Shown here in pieces: positions 26,198-34,132 of a DNA stretch of 34,132 nt. The position numbers were made by a program, and so were the translations under genes. This stretch comes from a virus (Duplodnaviria > Caudoviricetes), in the IMG/VR virus record IMGVR_UViG_3300023260_000005, positions 1-34,132 of that record; one strand, written 5' to 3'. How positions within the stretch are numbered: the first letter of the stretch is position 1; each line of letters opens with the position of its first letter. Under the pieces are notes generated by a model. The model worked only from the letters and a program-made list of their open reading frames with translations, ran no database searches and was not told the origin of the DNA.

Positions 26198-27685
26198 ATG
26201 AACACAGGATTAAATTTGCAAGATTATGCAAACAGCGCAGGACACAATCAATCTGCAACCTTTGGTGGTTCTTCTATGGAAGAATTGAACCAACTGCAAA
26301 AAGCACTTGAAGCGGGGTCAATTACGGGTAGAGAAACCACAAACTTGACAAATGCATCAGGTGCGCCATTGAAAGTAGAATCTTTAGATAAAAATCTAAA
26401 ACACATCACTTTCAAAGAAAGCGATATCAAGCTTTGGAAAGAAATCCCTAAAAAAGCAGCGTATAACACCGTTGAAGAATACAATCAGTTAGCTGATTAC
26501 GGTTCTCAAAGAGGAGGTTTTTACAATGAAGGGGAATTACCTTCTGAAGAGGATTCTCTTTACATCAGAAAGGCTCAGTTAGTTAAATTCATGGGAGTTG
26601 TGAAATCAGTTTCTCACCCAATGACTTTGGTAAACACTAACGTGGGCAATATCGTTGAAAGAGAAATCAAAAACGGTACTCTTTGGATTTTACGTCAATT
26701 GAACAAATCATTATACTTCGGAGATGAATCTTTGGTTCCTCAAGAATTTAATGGTTTCTTAGCTCAACACCAAAAAGAGAGCGGTTACACTAGCTTAGAT
26801 GAGTATTTCGCATCTGACGTTGTAATCGACCTTCGTGGAGCTTCATTGACTGAGAAAGACATTGAAAATTCTGCAAATGGAATCGTTCAAAACTTCGGTT
26901 TAGGAAACGAGCTGTTTGCACCTCCAGCCGTTCTTTCTAAATTCGTTCAAAATTTCTACGGTAACAAATTCATCCAACCGAACACTGTCGCTCTTACTGA
27001 CGGGGTAATGGGTCAAAGAGTAAAATCTTTTGAGTCTCAATTCGGTAATATTGGATTGAACTGGGATATTTTCTTCAACAAGAAAACAGCGAAAAAATAC
27101 AATGCTGCCGCAACATCTCCATTAGCTCCTCCAGCAGTAACTGGGGTTGACTCCACTCCTGTGGCTTCCGATGCTTCTGGACTTTGGACTGCGACTGACG
27201 CTGGTTCTTATTTCTTCGGAGTTACTGCAACAAACCGTTACGGTGAATCTGCAATCGCTGTAGATGCTGCGGCTTCTGCAATTGTGGCTGGAGGTTCTGT
27301 TGACGTTGCTTTCGTTGACGGAGGAGGAACAAACCCAGCAACTTCTTATACTATCTATAGAAGTACAAAAGATGCCGCAAGCGCTTCTGGTTCGAATGTT
27401 GTTTTCTATCCTCTTTACACTATTTCCAAAGCTCAAGCCGTTGCAGGTTATGACGGAGGTGCTGCGGGTTCTGTTAGAGATAGAAACAGATTCATGCCTG
27501 ATACAGACCAAGCGATTCTTTTCCAAATGGATAACGAAGTTGTGGAATTTGCACAATTAGCTCCGTTAATGAAAATGGATTTAGCGTTGCTTGCTCCAGC
27601 GTATCGTTTTATGATTCTTTTATACGGAACACCGTTCTTGTATGCTCCTAAAAAAGTATCAAGAATCATAAATATCGGGGCATAA
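26198..27685 (+). CDS. Major capsid protein precursor
   Basis: Motifs LKVESLD, TVEEY, FYNEGELP, LYFGD and QEFNG, an Ig-like insertion, and the C-terminal QLAPLMKMDLA...LYGTPFLYAPKK of SPO1/K/A511 capsids. ATG at 26198 is preferred over TTG at 26192. Confidence 0.93.
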   Translation: MNTGLNLQDYANSAGHNQSATFGGSSMEELNQLQKALEAGSITGRETTNLTNASGAPLKVESLDKNLKHITFKESDIKLWKEIPKKAAYNTVEEYNQLADYGSQRGGFYNEGELPSEEDSLYIRKAQLVKFMGVVKSVSHPMTLVNTNVGNIVEREIKNGTLWILRQLNKSLYFGDESLVPQEFNGFLAQHQKESGYTSLDEYFASDVVIDLRGASLTEKDIENSANGIVQNFGLGNELFAPPAVLSKFVQNFYGNKFIQPNTVALTDGVMGQRVKSFESQFGNIGLNWDIFFNKKTAKKYNAAATSPLAPPAVTGVDSTPVASDASGLWTATDAGSYFFGVTATNRYGESAIAVDAAASAIVAGGSVDVAFVDGGGTNPATSYTIYRSTKDAASASGSNVVFYPLYTISKAQAVAGYDGGAAGSVRDRNRFMPDTDQAILFQMDNEVVEFAQLAPLMKMDLALLAPAYRFMILLYGTPFLYAPKKVSRIINIGA

Positions 27686-27711
27686 CCGAGAAACAAAGTT
27701 TTAGATAACAG

Positions 27712-27744
27712 GATGGTTGGAGGTGAAAATTTCCAACCATTTTT
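27712..27744 (+). terminator. Probable intrinsic terminator after the capsid gene
   Basis: Inverted repeat ATGGTTGGA...TCCAACCAT followed by a T run. Confidence 0.75.
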
Positions 27745-27767
27745 AATATTAACTAAATTTTTAAACA

Positions 27768-28253
27768 ATGGACAATCAAATCAAATTAAAAGTGACTAAA
27801 GTTGCACTTCACGGTCAGACAATTAAATTGCCAATTATCGGAGCTACAAAGATTAGCAAAAAAGGAATCATTAAGGTAAGTCAAGAGGTTGCAGGTTTAC
27901 TCCTTGTCGGTTCAGGTTACGAATTAGCTGAAAAAGAAAAGAAAGCCGATTCCAGCGATGAAGACGAGGATGAAGGGAATAAGGGAGCTAACGAGGATGA
28001 AGATTCTGGAAATGACTCTGAGGACGAGGATGAAGGTGGAGAAGAAGGAGACGACGAAGATGAAGACGAGAATGAAGATTCTGAAGAGGACGAGGAGGAC
28101 GACACTATCACAAAAGAGGACTTGCAAAAAATGGAAATCGACGACATCGTTGAAATCTTGAAAAGTCAAGAGGTTCCAGAAGAGCAATACTCCAAGTTTT
28201 TATCCAAAAAAGGATTACTAATCAATTTTGTTTTGAAAACTATAAAACAATAG
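27768..28253 (+). CDS. Hypothetical protein with long acidic linker
   Basis: 161 aa, post-capsid position, central D/E tract. Confidence 0.75.
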   Translation: MDNQIKLKVTKVALHGQTIKLPIIGATKISKKGIIKVSQEVAGLLLVGSGYELAEKEKKADSSDEDEDEGNKGANEDEDSGNDSEDEDEGGEEGDDEDEDENEDSEEDEEDDTITKEDLQKMEIDDIVEILKSQEVPEEQYSKFLSKKGLLINFVLKTIKQ

Positions 28254-28256
28254 GCA

Positions 28257-29057
28257 ATGACTACATTGACTTTGACAATAGAATATAGTAAAAACGAAGG
28301 GCTTGTATTGAGCCCTTCCGATTTACAGAACCTGTACTTGTCTGGTATTCCTATATGTTTCCCAGCCACAGGCGGTAGAATAAGTCAAGAAACAATAAAA
28401 CAAAAAATTGCTGCTGCGCAAAAGTATATCGAGAATGTTCTGTCTATAAAACTTCAAAAACAATTAATTATAGAAGAACAGGATTTCAACCGACAAGAGT
28501 TTCATCAGTGGGGATATATTAGAACTGTTTATCCAATCGTAGTTCCAAAACTACTAGAAGGAAGGATAAATGATATCATTCAGATTACGTATCCAGAGAA
28601 TTGGTTATCAATAAAAAATGGAAACGACCCTGTTAATTTCCGAAATATGCACATAATCCCAAATACAAAAGGGCCAGCTGAGCAAAATGCTTACTCCGTT
28701 GTATACTCTGGGTTATCACCCGCTTTAGGGTATTTTGGAGCAGGCTATATTCCTAACTATTGGAAAGCTAATTACGGAACTGGATGGGAGGCTGACGAAA
28801 TTCCTATTGATATTATTGACGCTATCGGTAAACATGCCGCAATTCAAATGTTAGCTATTATTGGAGACTTACTTTATGGACCAGGTATTGGAAATCAGTC
28901 CGTATCTCTTGATGGAATTTCCCAAACTTACAGTACTACAAAATCAGGTGGTAAGGGAGCTTTCAGTGGACGTGTCGACCAATACAAATCTGAGCTTGAA
29001 CAATCCGTTAAGGATTTGAAAGCTGAGTATCTTGGAATAATGTTCCGTGTAGTTTAA
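28257..29057 (+). CDS. Putative head-tail adaptor (neck) protein
   Basis: 266 aa. Synteny with Herelleviridae. C-terminal GIGNQSVSLDGISQTYSTT motif. Confidence 0.7.
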   Translation: MTTLTLTIEYSKNEGLVLSPSDLQNLYLSGIPICFPATGGRISQETIKQKIAAAQKYIENVLSIKLQKQLIIEEQDFNRQEFHQWGYIRTVYPIVVPKLLEGRINDIIQITYPENWLSIKNGNDPVNFRNMHIIPNTKGPAEQNAYSVVYSGLSPALGYFGAGYIPNYWKANYGTGWEADEIPIDIIDAIGKHAAIQMLAIIGDLLYGPGIGNQSVSLDGISQTYSTTKSGGKGAFSGRVDQYKSELEQSVKDLKAEYLGIMFRVV

Positions 29058-29069
29058 AAAATAGAAATC

Positions 29070-29855
29070 ATGGGTGGAGAAAATTTTCAAAAGAGAGCAA
29101 CCGCAACTGTTACTCCCGCAGAGCCAGCAGAATTTCAAGTGCGTTTCGAAACACAGAGATTCAACGCTTTAGTATTTGATAAAGGATATGATGTTTGGTT
29201 AGATAGAGCCTATCGCTGTCCGTGCGCAGTTAAGGGTGCGGGGCAAGCTCTTCCATCTTGCAATAACTGTTTAGGAATAGGTTGGATTTTTACAGACCGT
29301 TCAGAAACCAGAGTAGCCATACAAGGAATAAAAGCCGATGTCAAATATGAGAACTGGACCAAAACTACTTCGGGAACTGCTAGAATAACAGCGAGAGCTA
29401 CGGACAAACTTGCATTTATGGATAGAATAATCTTGAAAGATGTCGAAGGATATTACAACGAGATTATTAGAGTGAGAGAAATAGCGGGACAAAAGATTGG
29501 ATTTTTCGAATATCCAATAATTGAGATTGAAGACATTTTCCTATTTGATTCAGATAAGACCCCTTTGAAAAAATTAGTGAAAGATACAGATTATACAATA
29601 GAGAAGGAATCCAAAATAATCCTATCAGCTTCAATTTCTTCTAAACCAGAGCCAGTAATATCCGCACGCTACAGACATCATATGACTTATCATATAATCG
29701 ATATGAATAGAGATATTACAAAAGTTAGGGAGAAAGGTTGTTTAATGCCTGAGGAAGTTCTTAAGGAAATGCCAGTTGCAGGATTAGCAAGAAAAGCTCA
29801 CTACTTGTTTGATAATATGAAATATGAGGAAGAAAACAGATTGATTGAAAACTAA
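29070..29855 (+). CDS. Putative neck/head-closure protein with Zn-binding motif
   Basis: 261 aa. RCPC...CNNCLGIGW, as in the syntenic phage K-type protein. Confidence 0.65.
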   Translation: MGGENFQKRATATVTPAEPAEFQVRFETQRFNALVFDKGYDVWLDRAYRCPCAVKGAGQALPSCNNCLGIGWIFTDRSETRVAIQGIKADVKYENWTKTTSGTARITARATDKLAFMDRIILKDVEGYYNEIIRVREIAGQKIGFFEYPIIEIEDIFLFDSDKTPLKKLVKDTDYTIEKESKIILSASISSKPEPVISARYRHHMTYHIIDMNRDITKVREKGCLMPEEVLKEMPVAGLARKAHYLFDNMKYEEENRLIEN

Positions 29856-29860
29856 GCGCC

Positions 29861-30655
29861 ATGAATATAGATTTAAACATCGACGAGCTAATTCAGGAAT
29901 TTAATTTTCCAACGAATACAGCCGATTTTATAGTTGAAGATACGGTGGAGAGAGTTACGGAGGAAATTTATAGAAACTGGCAATTACAGGCTACTAACGA
30001 GCTGAAATCAACACGTAACGAGTATATCAATAATCTGCAAATCATTAGCCACTCAAAATTCTCTAAATCCATAGTTCTTACAGGAAAATTACCAAACATG
30101 GTAGAGCTAGGTTGTTCTGCTTTCGATATGAAAGAAGGATTCTCGAAATCAAGTAAGGTAAAATATTCTGTTAAAACGGATAAGAACGGAAACGTTACAA
30201 TGAGTTGGTATTTAACGATTCCATTCAGACACGGAACGCCTGGCATAGTAGGGGAGAATGCTGCATTTTCAGGAATCATGCCTCAAGAGGTTTACGACCA
30301 AATGAAAGGAAAGATGCATAATGAACCTTTGAGAAAAGGAGAAATCCCATCGCCTTTCGATATTCCTTCTTCAAGAAAGGCTATCGTATTACCAACGAGA
30401 ACTATTCCAGAATATAAACATAAGGCGAGTATTTATCAGGGGATGGTCAAAAAGACAGGTGTCTATGGTAAAACTACTCAAAACACATACGTTTCATTCA
30501 GGAGAGTAAGTGAAAACTCTGACGCTAATTCTTGGATTCATAAAGGTATTCAAGCCAGAAATTTAATGAAAAAAGCGATTCAAGAAACAGACATACAAAC
30601 TCTAGCTGAGAATAACGTTGATATAATCTTAAAAAATATGGGGTATGGAAACTAG
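29861..30655 (+). CDS. Putative neck/tail-completion protein
   Basis: 264 aa. Motifs FDMKEGF, WYLTIPF and YVSFRRVSENSDANSWIH. Syntenic position. Confidence 0.6.
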   Translation: MNIDLNIDELIQEFNFPTNTADFIVEDTVERVTEEIYRNWQLQATNELKSTRNEYINNLQIISHSKFSKSIVLTGKLPNMVELGCSAFDMKEGFSKSSKVKYSVKTDKNGNVTMSWYLTIPFRHGTPGIVGENAAFSGIMPQEVYDQMKGKMHNEPLRKGEIPSPFDIPSSRKAIVLPTRTIPEYKHKASIYQGMVKKTGVYGKTTQNTYVSFRRVSENSDANSWIHKGIQARNLMKKAIQETDIQTLAENNVDIILKNMGYGN

Positions 30656-31343
30656 CACGCCAGGCATAATAATGCCAGAGGTAATTCTTTACAAAACACT
30701 AAATATTATTTTTAAATTAGTTAAGGATGATTTTGAGGCTGCTACAGACCCTGAACAAACTATCCTTTGGGATATATTTGGGAAAGATATAAATGGAGAC
30801 TTATTGAATTTTGAAGAGTTTAATTATTTCGAACAAGCCAAAGAAACGTTTGTCAAAAAATCGCCTTCGGTAAATATGGGATATAATTTGGAGGTTGCAA
30901 ATTTAGGCTCAATTCATATCTTACTTCCAGCTGAGACTGGACACCCAACTACTTTAGGAGCGGATGAGGATGGAAAAAATTATATCTATAATGTAGCTGA
31001 CCCAGATGTAGCTACTGATTTCAAACCTATCTTCACTCAAAAATATGAGGCTACGTACAATATGCTTATAACTTCTGAAAATACGTTTGAGGTAATATTA
31101 ATCTACAATCTTTTGAAGGCTTCCTTACTAGCCTTGAATTCACATTTGGAGATGTATGGATTAATGCTTCCGAAACCGAGCGGTCAGGATTTAAACGTAC
31201 AAAGCGATTTAATTCCAACTCATATTTTCCATAGAAGTTTGATGTTAAATTTTGTTTATGAAGTCAATGTTTCAGGATTCTTTTATAGAAAATTGGTTAA
31301 AAAATTTAAGATTACTGGCGAGATGATAAATCCTACATCATAA
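30645..31343 (+). CDS. Putative tail terminator/completion protein
   Basis: 232 aa. Position two genes before the sheath, as in SPO1-like phages. Confidence 0.55.
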   Translation: METSTPGIIMPEVILYKTLNIIFKLVKDDFEAATDPEQTILWDIFGKDINGDLLNFEEFNYFEQAKETFVKKSPSVNMGYNLEVANLGSIHILLPAETGHPTTLGADEDGKNYIYNVADPDVATDFKPIFTQKYEATYNMLITSENTFEVILIYNLLKASLLALNSHLEMYGLMLPKPSGQDLNVQSDLIPTHIFHRSLMLNFVYEVNVSGFFYRKLVKKFKITGEMINPTS

Positions 31344-31360
31344 ATTTTTATACCGTAAAA

Positions 31361-31371
31361 CAGTTATTATT
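31361..31371 (+). promoter_or_regulatory. Candidate phage late promoter, copy 5 (CAGTTATTATT)
   Basis: Intergenic, upstream of the sheath/tube operon. Confidence 0.6.
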
Positions 31372-31392
31372 AAATAAATTAAAAACAACGTT

Positions 31393-31599
31393 ATGAAAGC
31401 ATCTGAATTCGCCTCGAAAAACAAATTTAACAGTGTTGATACAGCAATTGTTAACCGACTTTTTGGTCAAGAAGAAAAGAAAGAGCGTGAATGGTTCTTG
31501 TTATTGAAGGGTACAATTAATTTTGATCACTCTCCATATACAACGCCTCCAACTCCAGCTATTGGCGTTGCTAAAACAAAGAAAGAAATCGAAAAATAA
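31393..31599 (+). CDS. Small hypothetical protein preceding the sheath
   Basis: 68 aa. A small ORF at this position is typical of the module. Confidence 0.7.
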   Translation: MKASEFASKNKFNSVDTAIVNRLFGQEEKKEREWFLLLKGTINFDHSPYTTPPTPAIGVAKTKKEIEK

Positions 31600-31623
31600 T
31601 TTTGAACTTTAAAATAATTTGAT

Positions 31624-33567
31624 ATGCCAACAGTTGTAAATTTTAATGGAAAGAAAGTCATTGAGCCTGGCGTGTACGCTCAAGTGAAGAGTGGTATTCC
31701 AGCCAAACCAAGTGCATTTGCCTTTGGTAACGTTCTCATTATAGATACTGGAAAGGGTAAGCAATGGGGAGGAGGAAGTGGAATAAATGGATTTTTCGCA
31801 AATGGTATCAATTCTGTCTATTCGTTTGAGGATGTTAACGATTTCAAAGGATTCGTTAAAGGGGGATTGTTTTATGATTTAGCGGATTATATTTTCAATC
31901 CATTAAACGGCGCACCTGGCCCAGCGCAAGTCGGAATAGTTAGAGCTGCAACTACAATGCCTGCTCAGATCACTTACGATTTTGAGTCAGGAGCAAGTGG
32001 AGGAAATGTAAAGTTTCTTTGTAAAAACGAAGGAGAGGTTGGAAACGGCTATACGGATGAGACTTTGGGGACAGCCACTATCAGATTCCAATCAGCTACG
32101 ATTATTCCAGCAAACACGATAATAATAAATGTGGATGCAACCATAATCGGAAATTTTACTCTTTTAACAAACTCTGTGTCTGAAGCCTTACAGGGAATAA
32201 CTGATTCTATAAATGGTGGGACTTCTGGATATACTGCGACTATTCAAGGAACTTCCATGATTTTGTATTCTGCCAGAAACGTTCTTCCTACTACAAAGGT
32301 CATCTCTTATAGTGGAACTGTTTTAGTTGAAACTGGTACTCCGACTGCTTTTACTGGGTACGTGCCTGGCTTGAATTTAGCTACTGGCTACGGCTCCAAA
32401 ATGAGAGTATCTGACGATGACCCAGCTAAGTACGTTATTGAGTTCTTTGAAGGAACGTTTGCTGGTTATACAGCTGGTGGAAATTCGATAAACAACTTAA
32501 CTCCCACTCAATCAATTCCAAACCTAGTTGCAACATCGGCAGATTTTAGTAATATAGACGAACTGATTCAGTGGGCGAAAACAGATTTCAATTTCAACAA
32601 ACTTTTTGAATTAGACCCTGACTATTTGCAAATTGGTAATGGAGACATTCTTCCAGCCGACGCAACTGCTCAGGCTATGTTGCATTTAGCTTGGAACGGA
32701 ACTTCTTTTTACAACGCTTTTGATTTAGATAAGGTGCTTGAGGATATTAGAGAGCTTCAAAACTCCTTTATACTTTCAGACTGTTGGGGTGATGAAGCGA
32801 GAGGGGTTATAAACTTGAAACTTTTGAACCATATTAAAAACACTGCCGAGTTCGACAAGTTTTTAATAATCGGAGGAGGAAAAGATGAAACCAAATTCTC
32901 TGGCTCTCCAAATTCAAGTATCGAGGTTGCAAAATTCTATAATGATACTTCGGTTATCGTTGTCCACTCTGGAGAGAATCGTTACAATCAATTTACACAG
33001 AAAAAAGAAAAATTGGACTCTATCTATCATGCGGCAAATGTCGTTGGCCGTTTAGGTGGTTTAGAGCCTCAAGTTCCATTGACGTTTAAAGCCTTAAAAA
33101 TTAAAGAGTTTAATCACCCTTTAGGACAAAAGGAGAGAGAGAAAGCATTGCTTGCTGGAGTTATTCATAACCGAACAGTGCCTGGAATCGGGAACGTTGT
33201 AAACCAAGGAATAAATACATTACAAAACAATTTGAATATGATTAATCCTGACGGAACTTCGCCAGAGATTTCAATCATGAGAATTGCAGGTCAATTGAAT
33301 AAGGAGCTTATTTTGGAGATGAGACCTTTATTCGTTGGAAGTAATATTGGTATCAATACTCCCGAAGATGTTAAGGCGTTTGTGGAAGGAAAACTTTTCT
33401 CAAAAACCGCTTCGTCAAATCAAGACAACCTGATAATCAGTTTCACTAACGTTACGGTGCAATTGGTTCAGGATTACTATAATATCCAATATTCCTTTGT
33501 TCCTAATTCACCGATAAATAAATTGTTTATCACTGGATTTATGTTAGAGGCTAATTTGAACGCATAA
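31624..33567 (+). CDS. Contractile tail sheath protein
   Basis: 647 aa. N-terminal IEPGVY, PLTFK, NVVNQGINT, EISIMRI and C-terminal FVPNSPINKLFIT. Confidence 0.9.
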   Translation: MPTVVNFNGKKVIEPGVYAQVKSGIPAKPSAFAFGNVLIIDTGKGKQWGGGSGINGFFANGINSVYSFEDVNDFKGFVKGGLFYDLADYIFNPLNGAPGPAQVGIVRAATTMPAQITYDFESGASGGNVKFLCKNEGEVGNGYTDETLGTATIRFQSATIIPANTIIINVDATIIGNFTLLTNSVSEALQGITDSINGGTSGYTATIQGTSMILYSARNVLPTTKVISYSGTVLVETGTPTAFTGYVPGLNLATGYGSKMRVSDDDPAKYVIEFFEGTFAGYTAGGNSINNLTPTQSIPNLVATSADFSNIDELIQWAKTDFNFNKLFELDPDYLQIGNGDILPADATAQAMLHLAWNGTSFYNAFDLDKVLEDIRELQNSFILSDCWGDEARGVINLKLLNHIKNTAEFDKFLIIGGGKDETKFSGSPNSSIEVAKFYNDTSVIVVHSGENRYNQFTQKKEKLDSIYHAANVVGRLGGLEPQVPLTFKALKIKEFNHPLGQKEREKALLAGVIHNRTVPGIGNVVNQGINTLQNNLNMINPDGTSPEISIMRIAGQLNKELILEMRPLFVGSNIGINTPEDVKAFVEGKLFSKTASSNQDNLIISFTNVTVQLVQDYYNIQYSFVPNSPINKLFITGFMLEANLNA

Positions 33568-33596
33568 TTATTTATTAACCAATAAAAGAGAAAATC

Positions 33597-34079
33597 ATGC
33601 CTAAAGTAATGACAGCACCGCTTGCCGTAATTAAGGTCAACGGAATAGCGGTTGGAAAAATGAAGAACATACGTGTCAATGAAAGCATACAACGAGGAAG
33701 CGTACAAGGAATTGGAGAGTTAACAAACTCTGAACTTCCAGCCTTAAAATGGAGCGGAACTTTGTCTTGCGGATTTTACACTATCACATTCAACAACCAA
33801 GACGAACTTATCAAACAAGCTCTGCTTAGAAACGTTAGTAATTTACAACAATTTGTGGATACTGTACTTTTACAAGAGAACGGAGTTCAGATTGATATCA
33901 TGAAAAAAGTTAAAGACTATAGAGACCCAAACACTGGAATCATTTATCCTAAGTTTGAAATTTTCGCAAGCGTTAGAGGTTGTTTCGCAACTAAAGAAAG
34001 CTTTGATATTTCAGAAGGACAAATATCTGGGCGTGATGTGGATTTCGAGTATTTAACTCCAATCCTTTATCCAATTTAA
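33597..34079 (+). CDS. Tail tube protein
   Basis: 160 aa after the sheath. IKVNGIAVG...VQGIGEL...L-x-WSGTL and a terminal FEYL, as in K/A511 tube proteins. Confidence 0.85.
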   Translation: MPKVMTAPLAVIKVNGIAVGKMKNIRVNESIQRGSVQGIGELTNSELPALKWSGTLSCGFYTITFNNQDELIKQALLRNVSNLQQFVDTVLLQENGVQIDIMKKVKDYRDPNTGIIYPKFEIFASVRGCFATKESFDISEGQISGRDVDFEYLTPILYPI

Positions 34080-34092
34080 AACAGTTTAATTT

Positions 34093-34132
34093 ATGAATCA
34101 ATCTCAGAAATTAATTGCCTTTAGAGGTAATG
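34093..34132 (+). CDS. 5' end of the next gene (partial)
   Basis: ATG at 34093. MNQSQKLIAFRGN runs off the window. Confidence 0.5.
   Translation, partial: MNQSQKLIAFRGN

Larger units (their letters stand above)
1..34132 (+). mobile_element. Segment of a large myovirus genome (Herelleviridae-like head-neck-tail module with accessory insertions)
   Basis: Portal, prohead protease, major capsid, neck, sheath and tube genes are in SPO1/phage K/A511-like order. Coding is dense and on one strand. No host housekeeping genes or integrase are seen. Confidence 0.93.

Noticed and set aside
27110-27480. Ig/FN3-like insertion in the major capsid protein as a novelty
   Set aside because: A comparable inserted region is present in SPO1/K/A511-type capsid proteins.
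31597-31604. TAATTTTG matching the Bacteroidota -7 promoter box TAnnTTTG
   Set aside because: Expected by chance in AT-rich DNA, also occurs inside genes, and has no convincing -33 element.
782-33707. Numerous minus-strand and short alternate-frame ORFs in the track (e.g. 782-1114, 15134-15535, 27122-27556, 27917-28147)
   Set aside because: They overlap well-supported + strand genes. The Ser/Phe/Leu-rich translations are antisense shadows of Glu/Lys/Asp-rich coding sequence.
1-34132. Stop-codon reassignment (alternative genetic code)
   Set aside because: Long genes are intact in the standard code, and TAA, TAG and TGA all end genes at sensible boundaries.
1-34132. CRISPR array, tRNA, rRNA, intron, intein or homing endonuclease
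   Set aside because: No regularly spaced repeats, cloverleaf-like intergenic space or interrupted core genes were seen. Intergenic gaps are short or filled by small ORFs.

Overview
This is a 34 kb, AT-rich segment of a large contractile-tailed phage with all credible genes on the + strand. The virion module is SPO1/Twort (Herelleviridae)-like: portal, prohead protease/scaffold, major capsid, neck proteins, tail sheath and tail tube. Start regions lack Shine-Dalgarno motifs and are A-rich, which suggests a Bacteroidota-type host. About 17.5 kb of accessory genes separate the portal from the protease: a 1904-aa chaperone-tipped fibre, an FN3 protein, a small lipoprotein, a MuF-like protein, an FkbM methyltransferase/PIG-L deacetylase/GT-B glycosyltransferase cluster, a P-loop ATPase and a kinase plus ART-like protein. 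An aGPT-Pplase1-type thymidine-hypermodification gene lies upstream of the portal. The most striking observation is that five otherwise unrelated proteins are built combinatorially from four shared short modules (RKLNILKGF leader, GK[FL]DWR, VYADNAQNxKLGRVG and a 35-aa helical unit) placed next to hydrophobic-x-K|[A/G/S] putative protease sites. This looks like a modular system for packaging effector enzymes into the capsid and delivering them. Also seen: a five-copy candidate late promoter CARNTATTAT, and strong GATC depletion in which every surviving site contains TGATC. All functional calls come from reading motifs by eye; no searches were run.
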